From the NCBI GenBank assembly GCA_944324425.1, contig CALUWE010000006.1, forward strand, positions 39,071-103,070: 64,000 bases of DNA, given 5' to 3'. This DNA comes from Candidatus Gastranaerophilales bacterium. Its GTDB lineage: Bacteria; Cyanobacteriota; Vampirovibrionia; Gastranaerophilales; Gastranaerophilaceae. A program made the position numbers and the translations under genes. The notes under the pieces are model-generated. The model did no database searches. It had not been told where the DNA came from and saw only the letters and a program-made list of their open reading frames with translations. Position 1 is the first letter of the stretch; the number at the start of each line of letters is the position of its first letter. Below, in pieces: positions 26,409-36,772 of the stretch.

Positions 26409-26813
26409 TTATCTTTTTGAGAATTGGAATCTTTTTCTTGCTCTTTTTCTGCCGTATTTTTTACGTTCTTTAATTCTTGCATCACGTGTTAATAAACCTT
26501 CTTGTTTTAAAACGGGTTTATATTCTTCATTCATTGCAAGAAGTGCTCTTGAAATAGCGTGTTTAATAGCATCAGCTTGTGCCGAAACGCCGCCGCCAAC
26601 TGCTTTAACTCTGATATCAAGTTTATCTTGGTTATCTGTTAAAACGAGGGGTCTATATATTAACATTTCAAGAGAAGGACGGTTTCCAAAATAGCCTTTT
26701 AATGTTTTACCGTTAACAAATATTCTGCCTTTGCCTGATACGACTTTAGCAACGGCAATTGAACATTTTCTTCTTCCGGTTTTAACAATTTCGTTTTTAT
26801 TTTCAACTGCCAT
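26409..26813 (-). CDS. rpsI: 30S ribosomal protein S9
   Basis: C-terminal KERKKYGRKRARKRFQFSKR. Confidence 0.97.
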   Translation of the reverse strand: MAVENKNEIVKTGRRKCSIAVAKVVSGKGRIFVNGKTLKGYFGNRPSLEMLIYRPLVLTDNQDKLDIRVKAVGGGVSAQADAIKHAISRALLAMNEEYKPVLKQEGLLTRDARIKERKKYGRKRARKRFQFSKR

Positions 26814-27256
26814 TATTTGTTTTCTCCTTTAAATTCATATTTAACAGGTTTTTGAGCTTCGTGGTTGTGGTTTGGACCTGTGTAAATTTTCAATTTTGTA
26901 AATTGTTGTGCGCCCAATGTGTTGTGCGGGAGCATACCTTTAACAGCTTTTTCTAAAGGAAGTCTTGCGTCTTTTTCCATTAATTCTTTGAAAGAAGCTG
27001 AACGAAGGCCGCCGGGGTAGCCTGTGTGATGGTAATAAATTTTGTCTGTTTCTTTGTTGCCTGTAACTTTAATTTTGTCGGCATTAACAACAATGACAAA
27101 ATCGCCCGTATCAACGTTTGGTGTATATTGGGGCTTATTTTTACCGCGAAGAAGGTTTGCAATAACAACGGCTAATCTGCCCAATGTTTGACCATCAGCA
27201 TCGATTAAGTGCCATTTTCTTTCAACTTCAAGCGGTTTTGCGCTATAAGTTTTCAT
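26813..27256 (-). CDS. rplM: 50S ribosomal protein L13
   Basis: MKTYSAKP...[17 protein letters not shown]. Confidence 0.97.
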   Translation of the reverse strand: MKTYSAKPLEVERKWHLIDADGQTLGRLAVVIANLLRGKNKPQYTPNVDTGDFVIVVNADKIKVTGNKETDKIYYHHTGYPGGLRSASFKELMEKDARLPLEKAVKGMLPHNTLGAQQFTKLKIYTGPNHNHEAQKPVKYEFKGENK

Positions 27257-28032
27257 TATTTATTTGCCTTTCTTATGTTATTTACATATAAAATGGGGTC
27301 ATCATACCCCGTTTTAATTAATGTGAGCCCTTTGGCATCAACATTTGCGCCTGCCTGTTTTCTTTCTTTTGAATTAAGAACATCTTTCATAAAACTTGGG
27401 TTAAGGTTCTTTGATTCAATCAAAAGCAAGGTTCCCACGATTGCTCTTACCATATTGTATAAAAACCTGTTTCCTACAATATCGATAAGAATATACTCCA
27501 TATCACGCCTAACGTTTGCATAATAAATTGTACAAATTTTGGCAGGGTTATCTGATATGGATTTAAAAGAACTAAAGTCATATTCGCCAACAATGTGGTT
27601 AATCGCTTCATTCATTCTTTTTTCATCAAGCTTTAACCTTGTGTGCAAGACACATTCATCAAACACAGACTTCTTGAAGAGCGAGTTATTTATTTTAAAT
27701 TGATAATGCCTGTATGTTGCCTGTTTTTGAGCATGAAATGAAGCAACAACGGGTTCAATTTCAAAAACACGGATTTTTTCAGGCAAAATCGAGTTTAATT
27801 TTATCAGGAATTTATTTTTATCAGATATTTCATCAGAATCAAAGTGTGCCGTTTGGCATTTTGCGCTGACATTCGTATCTGTTCTTCCCGACATATAGAC
27901 TTTAGTATTCTTTTTTGTCAATGTACTGATTGCTTTTTCAAGCTCTCCTTGAATAGTTGGTTCTTTTTTTTGAATTTGTGAACCCAAAAAGCCGATTCCT
28001 AAATATTCAAAAGAGATTTTATAGCGTTTCAA
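27256..28032 (-). CDS. truA: tRNA pseudouridine(38-40) synthase
   Basis: [12 protein letters not shown], the GRTDTNVSA catalytic Asp motif, and FLYNMVR. Confidence 0.93.
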   Translation of the reverse strand: MKRYKISFEYLGIGFLGSQIQKKEPTIQGELEKAISTLTKKNTKVYMSGRTDTNVSAKCQTAHFDSDEISDKNKFLIKLNSILPEKIRVFEIEPVVASFHAQKQATYRHYQFKINNSLFKKSVFDECVLHTRLKLDEKRMNEAINHIVGEYDFSSFKSISDNPAKICTIYYANVRRDMEYILIDIVGNRFLYNMVRAIVGTLLLIESKNLNPSFMKDVLNSKERKQAGANVDAKGLTLIKTGYDDPILYVNNIRKANK

Positions 28033-28034
28033 TT

Positions 28035-28463
28035 TTATACCAACTGAATTAACGCCATTTCAGCTGCATCGCCTCTTCTTGGCACAAGTCTCATAATTCT
28101 TGTATAGCCGCCGTTTCTTGAAGCATATTTTTTGCCGATTACAACAAATAATTGTCTTAAAACAGATTGTTTCGGAAGTTTTTCGCCTTCAGCTAAAGCG
28201 TCTTTAACTTCGCCTGTTTCAAGGTTAATGTATTTGTCTGTTTCTTTATCGAAAATGAATTTAAGAGCTTGTCTTCTTGCAGCCAAATCGCCTTTTTTAG
28301 CAAAAGTAATAATGTTTTCTGCATAAGGTTTTAAGGCTTTTGCTCTTGCCATTGTCGTTGTTATTTCACCGTTTAAGAAAAGTTCTGTAGCCAAAGATCT
28401 CATTAAAGCTTTTCTTTGGTCAGCAGCCTTTGATAAGTGGTGTTTTTTGCATTGGTGTCTCAT
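28035..28463 (-). CDS. rplQ: 50S ribosomal protein L17
   Basis: MRHQCKKHHLSKAADQRKALMRSLA and GGYTRI motifs. It carries an internal insertion relative to typical L17. Confidence 0.93.
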   Translation of the reverse strand: MRHQCKKHHLSKAADQRKALMRSLATELFLNGEITTTMARAKALKPYAENIITFAKKGDLAARRQALKFIFDKETDKYINLETGEVKDALAEGEKLPKQSVLRQLFVVIGKKYASRNGGYTRIMRLVPRRGDAAEMALIQLV

Positions 28464-28487
28464 TTTTATTTACCTTTTTACTTTTAA

Positions 28488-29468
28488 CTAAATTAATTCT
28501 AAATCATCAACGCCTTCAGGGTTTGGTTGAAGGTCGAGGCCCAATTCGTGCAATTTTTCAATAACTTCGTCTGAAGATTTTTTGCCGAAGTTTTTGATGT
28601 TCAATAAATCATGTTCTGATTTTTTCAATAATTCAGCCATTGAATTAATGCTTGCACGTTTTAAGCAGTTATATGCACGAACTGAAAGTTCCAAATCTTC
28701 GATTGTATAGTTTGAAGTTTGTTCTTCAGGTTCTTTTTCTTCAATTTCTTCCGCAATAATTTGTGATGTTGCAGGTTGACCTGTAATTGCGGCAATTTGT
28801 TTGAAGTGATCAATCAAAAGGTTAGCGGCTTTTGCCAAAGCTTGCGTAACTTCAACAGAACCGTTTGACCAAATTTCAATTGTCAATTTATCATAATCAA
28901 GAACTTCACCGACTCTGGCAGGCTCAACGATGTAGCTTACACGTTTAATTGGCATAAATGCCGCATCAATCGGAAGCATATCGATTGGCATACCGTTCTT
29001 TTGTTCTTTAAGAGGGTCGATGTTTACATAACCCTTGCCTGTGCTTACAACTATATCAGCGTGGAATGAGCCGCCTTCTGCAATTGTACAGATGAGGCAA
29101 TCAGGGTTAACAATTTTAACACCTGAAGGAAGCTGAATATCAGAAGCTAAAACAGGCCCGGGGGTTGTAGCATCGATTCTTAAATGTTGAACTTCGTCGG
29201 TTTCGCATTTCAATACAAGAGATTTCAAATTGAGCATAATGTCAATTACGTCTTCAACAATACCGGGGATTGAAGTGTATTCGTGAGTAATACCTTCGAT
29301 TCTGACAGCTGTAACTGCGGCACCTTCTAAGCTTGATAGTAAAACTCTTCTTAAAGAGTTACCGATAGTTGCGCCATAACCTCTTTCAAGGGGTTCAATA
29401 CAGAATTTACCGTATTGTGAACCATCTGAACTTGTAGTTGTATTTACGTTTTTAATCTTAAGTTCCAT
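28488..29468 (-). CDS. rpoA: DNA-directed RNA polymerase alpha subunit
   Basis: PLERGYG.T.GN.LRR.LLSS..G and the C-terminal IEDLELSVRAYNCLKRA.I. Confidence 0.97.
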   Translation of the reverse strand: MELKIKNVNTTTSSDGSQYGKFCIEPLERGYGATIGNSLRRVLLSSLEGAAVTAVRIEGITHEYTSIPGIVEDVIDIMLNLKSLVLKCETDEVQHLRIDATTPGPVLASDIQLPSGVKIVNPDCLICTIAEGGSFHADIVVSTGKGYVNIDPLKEQKNGMPIDMLPIDAAFMPIKRVSYIVEPARVGEVLDYDKLTIEIWSNGSVEVTQALAKAANLLIDHFKQIAAITGQPATSQIIAEEIEEKEPEEQTSNYTIEDLELSVRAYNCLKRASINSMAELLKKSEHDLLNIKNFGKKSSDEVIEKLHELGLDLQPNPEGVDDLELI

Positions 29469-29487
29469 TAATTTTTTCTCCTAATCA

Positions 29488-30090
29488 TTATTTAGAGTAG
29501 TATTCAATAACGAGCTGTTCTTTAAATTCAGGGTCCATTTCTTCTCTGTTGGGGACTCTGTCGAATGTGATTTGGAAGCTGTTATAATCAACTGTTAACC
29601 AAGCATAATTTAAAGCCATATCGATTGATTCTTTAATAGCTTTAATAAATTCTTTGCTTGATTCCTTAACGGTAACAACGTCGCCTGCTTTTAACAAATA
29701 AGAAGGAACGTCTACCTTTTTGCCGTTCACAAGGATGTGAGCGTGGTTTACGATTTGTCTTGCTTGTTTTCTTGTGATGGCAAATCCGGCTCTAAATATA
29801 ACGTTATCAAGACGGCTTTCAAGCATTTGAAGCATTAATGTACCTGTAACGCCTGTTTTTCTTGATGCGTTTTCATAGTATTTTGCAAATTGTTTTTCTG
29901 AAACAAGATATGTAAGACGGATTTTTTGTTTTTCTTTTAATTGAAGCGCATAATCAGATGGTTTCTTTCTCATTGCGCCGTGTTGACCTGAGGGGTTAGT
30001 CCTCATTGATGACGTTAATTTACGGTTGGACAAATCCTTAACGCCAAAGTTTCTATATAATTTATTAGAGGGTCCAGTATATCTAGCCAA
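29488..30090 (-). CDS. rpsD: 30S ribosomal protein S4
   Basis: MARYTGP and the LESRLDNV.FR.GFA.TR.QARQ.V.H S4 domain. Confidence 0.96.
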   Translation of the reverse strand: MARYTGPSNKLYRNFGVKDLSNRKLTSSMRTNPSGQHGAMRKKPSDYALQLKEKQKIRLTYLVSEKQFAKYYENASRKTGVTGTLMLQMLESRLDNVIFRAGFAITRKQARQIVNHAHILVNGKKVDVPSYLLKAGDVVTVKESSKEFIKAIKESIDMALNYAWLTVDYNSFQITFDRVPNREEMDPEFKEQLVIEYYSK

Positions 30091-30108
30091 TTTTATTGCT
30101 CCTTATGT

Positions 30109-30495
30109 TTATACTCTACGTTTTTTAGGAGGACGGCATCCGTTGTGTGGGATAGGCGTTACATCCTTAATTAATGTAATTTCAAGACCGGCAGCTTGGA
30201 TAGCTCTGATTGCTGTTTCTCTGCCTGAACCCGGCCCTTTAATAAATACTTCAACTTTTTTCATGCCTTGATCGATTGATTTTTTAGCAACCAATTCAGC
30301 GGCAGATTGTGCTGCAAAAGGAGTTCCTTTTCTAGCGCCTTTGAAACCGCAAGCACCGGCAGAAGCCCATGCAACAGCATTACCTTGAGTATCTGTTGAA
30401 GTTACAATGGTGTTATTGAATGTACTTTGAATATGTACAACACCTTGTAAGATATTCTTTCTTTCTTTCTTTTTGGTTTTTATCGGTTTAGCCAT
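30109..30495 (-). CDS. rpsK: 30S ribosomal protein S11
   Basis: [16 protein letters not shown] and the C-terminal [18 protein letters not shown]. Confidence 0.97.
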   Translation of the reverse strand: MAKPIKTKKKERKNILQGVVHIQSTFNNTIVTSTDTQGNAVAWASAGACGFKGARKGTPFAAQSAAELVAKKSIDQGMKKVEVFIKGPGSGRETAIRAIQAAGLEITLIKDVTPIPHNGCRPPKKRRV

Positions 30496-30532
30496 TTTAT
30501 ATTATTCCTTTTTAGTATTTCTTTTTAATTAA

Positions 30533-30901
30533 CTACTTTTTCTTACCTGCGATTGGGCCTGTTTTTTTACCGCGTCTTGTTCTGGCGTTTGTTTTTGTTC
30601 TTTGACCCCTTACAGGAAGTTTCTTTTTGTGACGGTAGCCTCTGTAGGAACCGATTTCTTGTAATCTTTTGATGTTTAATGATTCATTTCTCTTTAAGTC
30701 ACCTTCGATTGTGTAGTGAGAAATTTCATTTCTTAATTTTTTAATATCTTCATCTGTTAAATCGTCGGTTCTTAAGTCTTCTGAAATGTTGCAAGCTGCC
30801 AATATATTTCTTGAAGCGGTAGGCCCGATTCCGTATATATAGGTCAATGCTATAACCATTCTTTTGTTACGGGGTAAATCAACCCCAACGAGTCTTGCCA
30901 T
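30533..30901 (-). CDS. rpsM: 30S ribosomal protein S13
   Basis: [24 protein letters not shown]. Confidence 0.97.
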   Translation of the reverse strand: MARLVGVDLPRNKRMVIALTYIYGIGPTASRNILAACNISEDLRTDDLTDEDIKKLRNEISHYTIEGDLKRNESLNIKRLQEIGSYRGYRHKKKLPVRGQRTKTNARTRRGKKTGPIAGKKK

Positions 30902-30947
30902 AATTAATTTATTCTCCTATGATTGTTTTCTTTTAACTTACTCTAAA

Positions 30948-31064
30948 CTAACCTTGTCTTTGTTTGTGTTTAGGGTATTTTTTACATACGACAGTTACTC
31001 TGCCTCTTCTTTTGATAACTTTGCAATCTTTGCAAATTGGTTTTACTGATGCTCTGACTTTCAT
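30948..31064 (-). CDS. rpmJ: 50S ribosomal protein L36 (38 aa; below the ORF-track size cutoff)
   Basis: My own translation of the minus strand gives [38 protein letters not shown] then a stop. It sits in the conserved infA-rpmJ-rpsM position. Confidence 0.93.
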   Translation of the reverse strand: MKVRASVKPICKDCKVIKRRGRVTVVCKKYPKHKQRQG

Positions 31065-31077
31065 TATTTTTTCCTTT

Positions 31078-31293
31078 TTATTTAAGTCTGTAAGTAATTC
31101 TGCCTCTTGTGAGGTCGTATGGTGTCATTTCTACTTTTACTTTGTCTCCGGGAAGTATTCTTATGAAATTTTTTCTTATTTTTCCTGAGATGTGAGCCAA
31201 AATTTCATGTCCGTTTTCAAGTTCAACTCTAAACATAGCATTCGGCATAGCTTCCAAGATTGTGCCTTCAAATTCTATTACGTCTTTTGACAT
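31078..31293 (-). CDS. infA: translation initiation factor IF-1
   Basis: [40 protein letters not shown]. Confidence 0.97.
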   Translation of the reverse strand: MSKDVIEFEGTILEAMPNAMFRVELENGHEILAHISGKIRKNFIRILPGDKVKVEMTPYDLTRGRITYRLK

Positions 31294-31581
31294 TAGTTTC
31301 CTTTATATTTTTGTTAACTTCGGCTTATTATAATATTAAGCATAATCAATCATACATGTTGAAATCTTAAAATCAAGCAAAATAAAGCAAAAAAAAGAGA
31401 TTTTTTATCAAATTTTATCAATTGTTTTTTTAAATATAAATCTTATTAAGGTTTAATCGCATCTGATTTTATTGATTAAAACGGCATTTTTTAGGTTTTA
31501 TGTTAATTTTTGTAAATATTTTAAAATGATAAATGTTTAAAAAAACAATTTATATGTTTGGTATTTTAAAATATTTCGCCA

Positions 31582-31590
31582 TGATATAAT
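31582..31590 (+). promoter_or_regulatory. extended -10 element (TGATATAAT) upstream of the prenyltransferase gene
   Basis: TGnTATAAT match located 28 nt before the ATG, with an AAGAAGGA SD following. Confidence 0.45.
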
Positions 31591-31617
31591 CAAAGCAAAA
31601 TACAGCTAAAAAGAAGG

Positions 31618-32676
31618 ATGGATATGAATAAAAATTTAAAAGAACTTTTAAGAACATACAGTCTGCCAATGTCTGTGGCGCCTTTTATATTGGCACTGGC
31701 CTGCGGAATTAAAACCCCTATGGCATTCGGAATTTTGGATGCCGGTTTTTTTATAAACGCAATACTGCTATTGACGGGAATTGTATTAATTCATTTGGCA
31801 GGCAACCTATTTGACGATTACTTTGATGTAAAATCAGCGCTTGATGACGGTTTTACATTAAACCAAATCAATTTCAGAAATCCTAAAAAAGCAAGACTTA
31901 TATTAAATAAAACTTATTCAATCAAGTCGATAGAAAAAATTCTTATAATTATGGTTGCCGTTGCTTTTGTAATAGGTGTTTACTTTATATCTCAAAGAGG
32001 CTTAACAATTCTTTCTTATATGGTAATAGCCTTTATTTTATGCTCATTCTATCCCGTTTCTTCAAGATACGGGCTTTCCGAGCTTACATTGGGCGCAATT
32101 TTTGGGCCATTGTTAATTAATGCTTCTTATTTTGCACTAACGGGACAATTTGACCCTAAAGTTTTCTTTTTTTCAATAGCATCAGGCTTTATAACTTCAA
32201 TTCTGCTTATAGCTCACAGTTTAATGGACTATGAATATGATGTTGAAATCGGCAAAAATACAATTCCCGTGATGTTAAAAAATAAAAATTTGACAGTCAA
32301 TTTTATATCGTTTTTAATTTTGGCCTCATATTTCCTGATTGCTTTAACATCATACAGATATGATATTTCAAGGCTTGTTTATATAATCCCCGTATTATTT
32401 ACAATTCCTGTCAGCATTAAATTAATTTTGTCTCTGTACGATTACATAGAAATTAAAAATGTTGAATTTATTCCGAAATGGTACTTTGGCATTATGGAAA
32501 ATTGGGAAGAGATTAAAAAATCGGGCTTTGATTATTTTATGTTCAGGTTCTACCTTGCAAGAAATTTAGGAATAATATTTAATCTGACTCTTGCAATTGT
32601 TTGTTTATTTACATTTTGGCCGGTTCAAAAGTATAATTATATTCAGTATGGTTTTATAAATCAGTTTTCATTTTAA
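31618..32676 (+). CDS. UbiA-family prenyltransferase (MenA-like), polytopic membrane protein
   Basis: First Asp-rich motif NLFDDYFDV, second motif MDYEYDVEIGKNTIPV, and multiple hydrophobic helices. Confidence 0.65.
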   Translation: MDMNKNLKELLRTYSLPMSVAPFILALACGIKTPMAFGILDAGFFINAILLLTGIVLIHLAGNLFDDYFDVKSALDDGFTLNQINFRNPKKARLILNKTYSIKSIEKILIIMVAVAFVIGVYFISQRGLTILSYMVIAFILCSFYPVSSRYGLSELTLGAIFGPLLINASYFALTGQFDPKVFFFSIASGFITSILLIAHSLMDYEYDVEIGKNTIPVMLKNKNLTVNFISFLILASYFLIALTSYRYDISRLVYIIPVLFTIPVSIKLILSLYDYIEIKNVEFIPKWYFGIMENWEEIKKSGFDYFMFRFYLARNLGIIFNLTLAIVCLFTFWPVQKYNYIQYGFINQFSF

Positions 32677-32687
32677 AAAGGAGTTTT

Positions 32688-33164
32688 ATGTTGGATTTTA
32701 CAATTTCTACAACCTCGTTTAATGATATGGATACACTTCCCGTTGAACAAATTTATAAAGGTCATGGGTGCACCGGCGGAAATATTTCACCCGATCTGAA
32801 ATGGGAAAATATTCCCGAAGGCACAAAAAGTTTTGCCCTAATTGTCCATGACCCTGATGCCCCTGTTCAAAACGGTTGGTATCATTGGATTGTTTTAAAC
32901 ATTCCGGTTGATGTTACAAGCTTTGAAAAAGGTGTTAAAGTTAAACCTCCGATGATTGAACCTTTGACAAGTTTTAATGAAGCCGGATACGGCGGGGCAT
33001 GCCCCCCAATTGGCCACGGAGTTCACCATTATAATTTTGTAATTTACGCTCTGGATACCGTTTTAGACCCTTCAATAAGAGTAAAAAAGCCTGTTGAAAT
33101 AGAAAAAGAGGTTCAGGCGCACTCAATTCAATGTGCAAAAGTAACTGCTTTATATCAAAGGTAA
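32688..33164 (+). CDS. YbhB/YbcL-family PEBP (Raf kinase inhibitor-like) protein
   Basis: SPDLKWENIPEGTKSFALIVHDPDAP, GWYHW and HGVHHYNFVIYALD motifs. Confidence 0.88.
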   Translation: MLDFTISTTSFNDMDTLPVEQIYKGHGCTGGNISPDLKWENIPEGTKSFALIVHDPDAPVQNGWYHWIVLNIPVDVTSFEKGVKVKPPMIEPLTSFNEAGYGGACPPIGHGVHHYNFVIYALDTVLDPSIRVKKPVEIEKEVQAHSIQCAKVTALYQR

Positions 33165-33186
33165 AAGCCCGAATTTAAAGGGCTTT
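33164..33186 (+). terminator. weak terminator after the PEBP gene
   Basis: aaagccc-gaatttaaa-gggcttt with only a short T tract. Confidence 0.4.
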
Positions 33187-33316
33187 TACCTATATGGTTA
33201 ATTTTTGTAAATATTTTGATATTTATGATTCAAAATATGTACAAAAGCATGGTCATTGGTGTTAAAACAAAAAATGTGTGCGATTTTTAGCACGAATACT
33301 TTGAGGCAGGGAAATT

Positions 33317-35215
33317 TTGAGCACAACCGAAGGCACATACCAAGGGGTAGTTGAAGAAATAAAAAATCGTCTTGATATAGCGGATGTTATATCAAAATAT
33401 GTTGTTCTCAAAAAATCAGGACATAATTATATAGGCTTATGCCCTTTTCATAATGAAAAAACTCCAAGTTTTACGGTAACTCCCTCAAGACAAATTTTTA
33501 AATGCTTCGGTTGCGGCGAAGGGGGCGATGTTATTTCATTTTTAATGAAAATAACAAATCAAAATTTTATTGATGTTATAAAAGAACAAGCCCAAATTTT
33601 GGGGATAGAACTTCCCGATAACTACGGAAGCCGCTCAAAAGAAAACAAAGAAGAAACAGAAAGACTGAAAGATGCGGTCAATGAAGCTGTCATTTTTTAT
33701 CACAATAATTTATTAAACAATGAAAAAGCCCTCGAATATCTTGAAAAAAGAGGGGTAAAAGAAGTCGCAATAGGAAAATTTTTCCTCGGTTTATCCCCAA
33801 ATTCCAATTTTGAACTTAAAAATTATTTAAAAGACAAAGGTTATACAAACGACGAGCTGTATAAAGCAGGGCTTTTATTTGAAAGAAACGGGGAATATAT
33901 TGACCGCTTTAAAAACAGAATAATGATTCCCATTTTTGACGTTAATTCAAAAGCGGTTGGCTTTGGCGCAAGAGCAATTACAGACGGTCAAAACCCGAAA
34001 TATTTAAATTCCCCTGAAAGCGCCATATATAATAAAAGCTCAATTTTATTCGGGCTTAATTCCGCAAAAGATGCGATTAAAGAAGAAGACTCGGTTATTA
34101 TCATGGAAGGTTATTTTGATGTAATATCAGCCCAAATCTCAGGCGTTAAAAACGTTGTTGCATCTTGCGGAACTGCCTTAACTCCGCAGCATATTAAGTT
34201 ATTATCAAGATATACCCTATCAAGAAGAATTTATCTTGCATTTGATACCGATTCCGCGGGCAGAAAAGCTACAAAATCAGGTGCAACGGTAATTAAAGAA
34301 ATTTTTAAAGGTTTAGGCGACATTAAACAAACAGATGTTTCTTATGCAAAATCAAACGAAGGAAATGTTTGTGAAATAAGAGTTGTAGAGCAAAAAGGCG
34401 GCAAAGACCCTGATGAATATATAAGAGAATTCGGCGCCGAAAGCTATAAAGAACACGTTAAAACAGCCCCCTTGCTTTTGGATTACGAGCTCAGCGAATT
34501 AACAAAACAATATTCACCGGATATAACTCCGCAGGATAAAAGTATTCTTGTACAGCAAATAGTCGATATTTTAAAAGAAATTCAAAATCAAGTCATTTTA
34601 TCCGATTATATTAGAAATACCGCATTTAAAATTGATGTGGATGAGATGATTTTAAAAAGAGCAGTTTTAAGCCGGCAGGCAACAGAAGACGTATATAGCA
34701 ATTCCAATGTTGTTCCTTTTATAAAAAAGAACAGAGCAAGAATTTCAAGTTTGGAAAGATACAAGATGACAGAATCCAGACTTGTGGAATTGGCATTTGC
34801 AATTAATACAAATGAAAAAAAGAATTCTTACCTTGAGTTTCTTGAAAACTATGAACCTGTGGGCGAGTTAAATGCAGTTGCAATAAAAGAAATAAAGGAA
34901 ATTTTACAAAACGATACAGAAAACCTTGATGTGGCAAAAAAACTTTTTTTGAAGTTTTATAATGACAACGAAATTCGGAAGCAATTAACCGATATGGTTT
35001 TCACTTCCGGTGAATACGAAAAATTCACCTCAGAAGATTTCGCCTGTTCATTAGTTGAAATTTTCTCAAGGCTTAAAGAGCTTGAAAAGAAAATTGAAAT
35101 AGAGAAACTGAAAAATAAGTACAATGACAAAAACACCACTGAAGAAGAGAAAATCAGGGTTTCCAGAGAGATTATAGAACAGGTAAAAAATATTAAGAAT
35201 GGAGAAAATCTATAA
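33317..35215 (+). CDS. dnaG: DNA primase
   Basis: Zinc finger CPFHNEKTPSFTV...FKCFGCGEGGD and the TOPRIM motif EGYFDVIS. TTG start preceded by GAGGCAGGG. Confidence 0.95.
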   Translation: MSTTEGTYQGVVEEIKNRLDIADVISKYVVLKKSGHNYIGLCPFHNEKTPSFTVTPSRQIFKCFGCGEGGDVISFLMKITNQNFIDVIKEQAQILGIELPDNYGSRSKENKEETERLKDAVNEAVIFYHNNLLNNEKALEYLEKRGVKEVAIGKFFLGLSPNSNFELKNYLKDKGYTNDELYKAGLLFERNGEYIDRFKNRIMIPIFDVNSKAVGFGARAITDGQNPKYLNSPESAIYNKSSILFGLNSAKDAIKEEDSVIIMEGYFDVISAQISGVKNVVASCGTALTPQHIKLLSRYTLSRRIYLAFDTDSAGRKATKSGATVIKEIFKGLGDIKQTDVSYAKSNEGNVCEIRVVEQKGGKDPDEYIREFGAESYKEHVKTAPLLLDYELSELTKQYSPDITPQDKSILVQQIVDILKEIQNQVILSDYIRNTAFKIDVDEMILKRAVLSRQATEDVYSNSNVVPFIKKNRARISSLERYKMTESRLVELAFAINTNEKKNSYLEFLENYEPVGELNAVAIKEIKEILQNDTENLDVAKKLFLKFYNDNEIRKQLTDMVFTSGEYEKFTSEDFACSLVEIFSRLKELEKKIEIEKLKNKYNDKNTTEEEKIRVSREIIEQVKNIKNGENL

Positions 35216-36280
35216 ATGACAAGAAAGAAAAATCAAGATTCTTCAATAGCAATTATTGATAAAGCGACGGATTCTTTAGATGATACCTTTTTTGAATCTA
35301 ACGCACTTGAAACAGATAATATTTCAAATATTATAAGAAACCATGGCGTAATCGGAATTGATTCCGCCCTGACTACATCCGTATACGAAAAAACGGATGA
35401 AGACGAATCAGAAGACGATCTTCAAGCGCCAAAAGGCATTTCTATTGATGACCCTGTAAGAATGTATTTAAGAGAAATCGGCAGAATTAAACTTTTAACA
35501 GCCGATGAAGAAATTGATTTGGCAAGAAAAATTGTTGCAGGCGGAAATCAAGGCGCAGTTGCAAAAAGAAAACTGGTTCAGGCAAACTTAAGGCTCGTTG
35601 TTTCAATTGCAAAAAAATATGTCGGCCGCGGAATGTTATTCTTAGATTTAATTCAAGAAGGCAATTTGGGCCTAATCAGAGCTGCAGAAAAATTTGACCA
35701 CGAAAGAGGTTATAAATTCTCAACCTATGCAACATGGTGGATTAGACAAGCAATTACAAGAGCAATTGCCGATCAAGCAAGAACAATAAGAATTCCTGTT
35801 CATATGGTTGAAACAATCAACAAACTTAAAAAAGTTACAAGAAAATTGGCTCAAGAACTTGCAAGAAAACCTTCAGAAGAAGAACTTTCAGCTGAAATGG
35901 GCATTTCAATTAATAAATTAAGAGAAATTATTAAAGTTGCGCAAGAGCCTTTATCGCTTGAAACTCCGATAGGTAAAGAAGAAGATTCGCGCCTCGGCGA
36001 TTTTATTGAAGATAAAGATGCGGATGCCCCTGTTAAAACCGTTGCCCATGAACTTTTAAGAGAAGACTTGGCGGAAGTTTTATCAAGCTTATCTCCAAGA
36101 GAAAGAGACGTTTTAAGATTAAGATTCGGCATGGATGACGGCAGACAAAGAACATTGGAAGAAGTTGGTCAATTGTTTGGCGTTACAAGAGAACGTATCA
36201 GACAAATTGAAGCAAAAGCTTTGAGAAAATTAAGACATCCCAATCGTTCAAAACGTTTAAAAGAATATATCGAAGTATAA
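35216..36280 (+). CDS. rpoD: primary-type RNA polymerase sigma-70 factor
   Basis: Region 1.2 [11 protein letters not shown], region 2 [21 protein letters not shown]...[15 protein letters not shown], and region 4 [18 protein letters not shown]. Confidence 0.95.
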   Translation: MTRKKNQDSSIAIIDKATDSLDDTFFESNALETDNISNIIRNHGVIGIDSALTTSVYEKTDEDESEDDLQAPKGISIDDPVRMYLREIGRIKLLTADEEIDLARKIVAGGNQGAVAKRKLVQANLRLVVSIAKKYVGRGMLFLDLIQEGNLGLIRAAEKFDHERGYKFSTYATWWIRQAITRAIADQARTIRIPVHMVETINKLKKVTRKLAQELARKPSEEELSAEMGISINKLREIIKVAQEPLSLETPIGKEEDSRLGDFIEDKDADAPVKTVAHELLREDLAEVLSSLSPRERDVLRLRFGMDDGRQRTLEEVGQLFGVTRERIRQIEAKALRKLRHPNRSKRLKEYIEV

Positions 36281-36288
36281 AATATAAA

Positions 36289-36312
36289 GCGGCTTAAAAT
36301 AGCCGCTTTTTT
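36289..36312 (+). terminator. terminator of dnaG-rpoD
   Basis: gcggct-taaaat-agccgc followed by tttttt. Confidence 0.8.
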
Positions 36313-36427
36313 AATCTCAAATTATCATATTAATGTATTATTTTTTATTGTTTTCTGATAGTTTTTACTATTTTAATTATCATTTTAATTTTTTTTAAAA
36401 AGCCCCAAATATAAGATTTAACCTACG

Positions 36428-36446
36428 TTTTGGCAATTTGCCAAAA
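36428..36446. promoter_or_regulatory. perfect 8-3-8 palindrome TTTTGGCA-att-TGCCAAAA upstream of the LuxR-type HTH gene
   Basis: Read directly from the sequence. It lies about 110 nt upstream of the ATG at 36558. Confidence 0.4.
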
Positions 36447-36557
36447 ATAAAATTTGAAACAAGGTTTGTAAAAATTGAATAACGGTAATTTATGTTACCC
36501 ATATTTAATATAAAGTCGTGGTATAAAGAAAATAGAAAATAAAAACGGAGAATATAT

Positions 36558-36770
36558 ATGGAATTAAGAAAAGAAAACTTTAATCTGACACCAAAAGAAA
36601 TTGAGGTTTTGAAATTAATTGTAAAAGGCTTAAATAACAACGAAATCGCAAATAAACTTGTTTTGAGCTTAAGCACAGTAAAATTTCACATTGAAAACAT
36701 TTTTGCCAAATTAAACACAAATAACAGAACAAGAGCTGCTGTTATCGCAGTTAAAATGGGTATAGAATAA
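36558..36770 (+). CDS. stand-alone LuxR/GerE-type HTH protein (70 aa)
   Basis: LTPKEIEVLKLIVKGLNNNEIANKLVLSLSTVKFHIENIFAKL. No receiver or ligand-binding domain is present. Confidence 0.85.
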   Translation: MELRKENFNLTPKEIEVLKLIVKGLNNNEIANKLVLSLSTVKFHIENIFAKLNTNNRTRAAVIAVKMGIE

Positions 36771-36772
36771 AT

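Noticed and set aside
26380-26694. ORFs antisense to ribosomal protein genes (also 27209..27523, 28132..28326, 30026..30271, 30864..31188)
   Set aside because: They sit inside canonical r-protein or truA genes on the opposite strand. These are typical shadow ORFs.
36428-36446. Possible sigma-54 promoter (TGGCA...TGC) within the palindrome
   Set aside because: The GG and GC elements are only about 6 nt apart instead of the ~10 nt required for a -24/-12 promoter. No sigma-54 activator is nearby.
36395-36676. A 93-codon minus-strand ORF spanning the LuxR gene start and its upstream region
   Set aside because: The translation is hydrophobic and low-complexity with no start context. The plus-strand ORF encodes a textbook GerE-type HTH.
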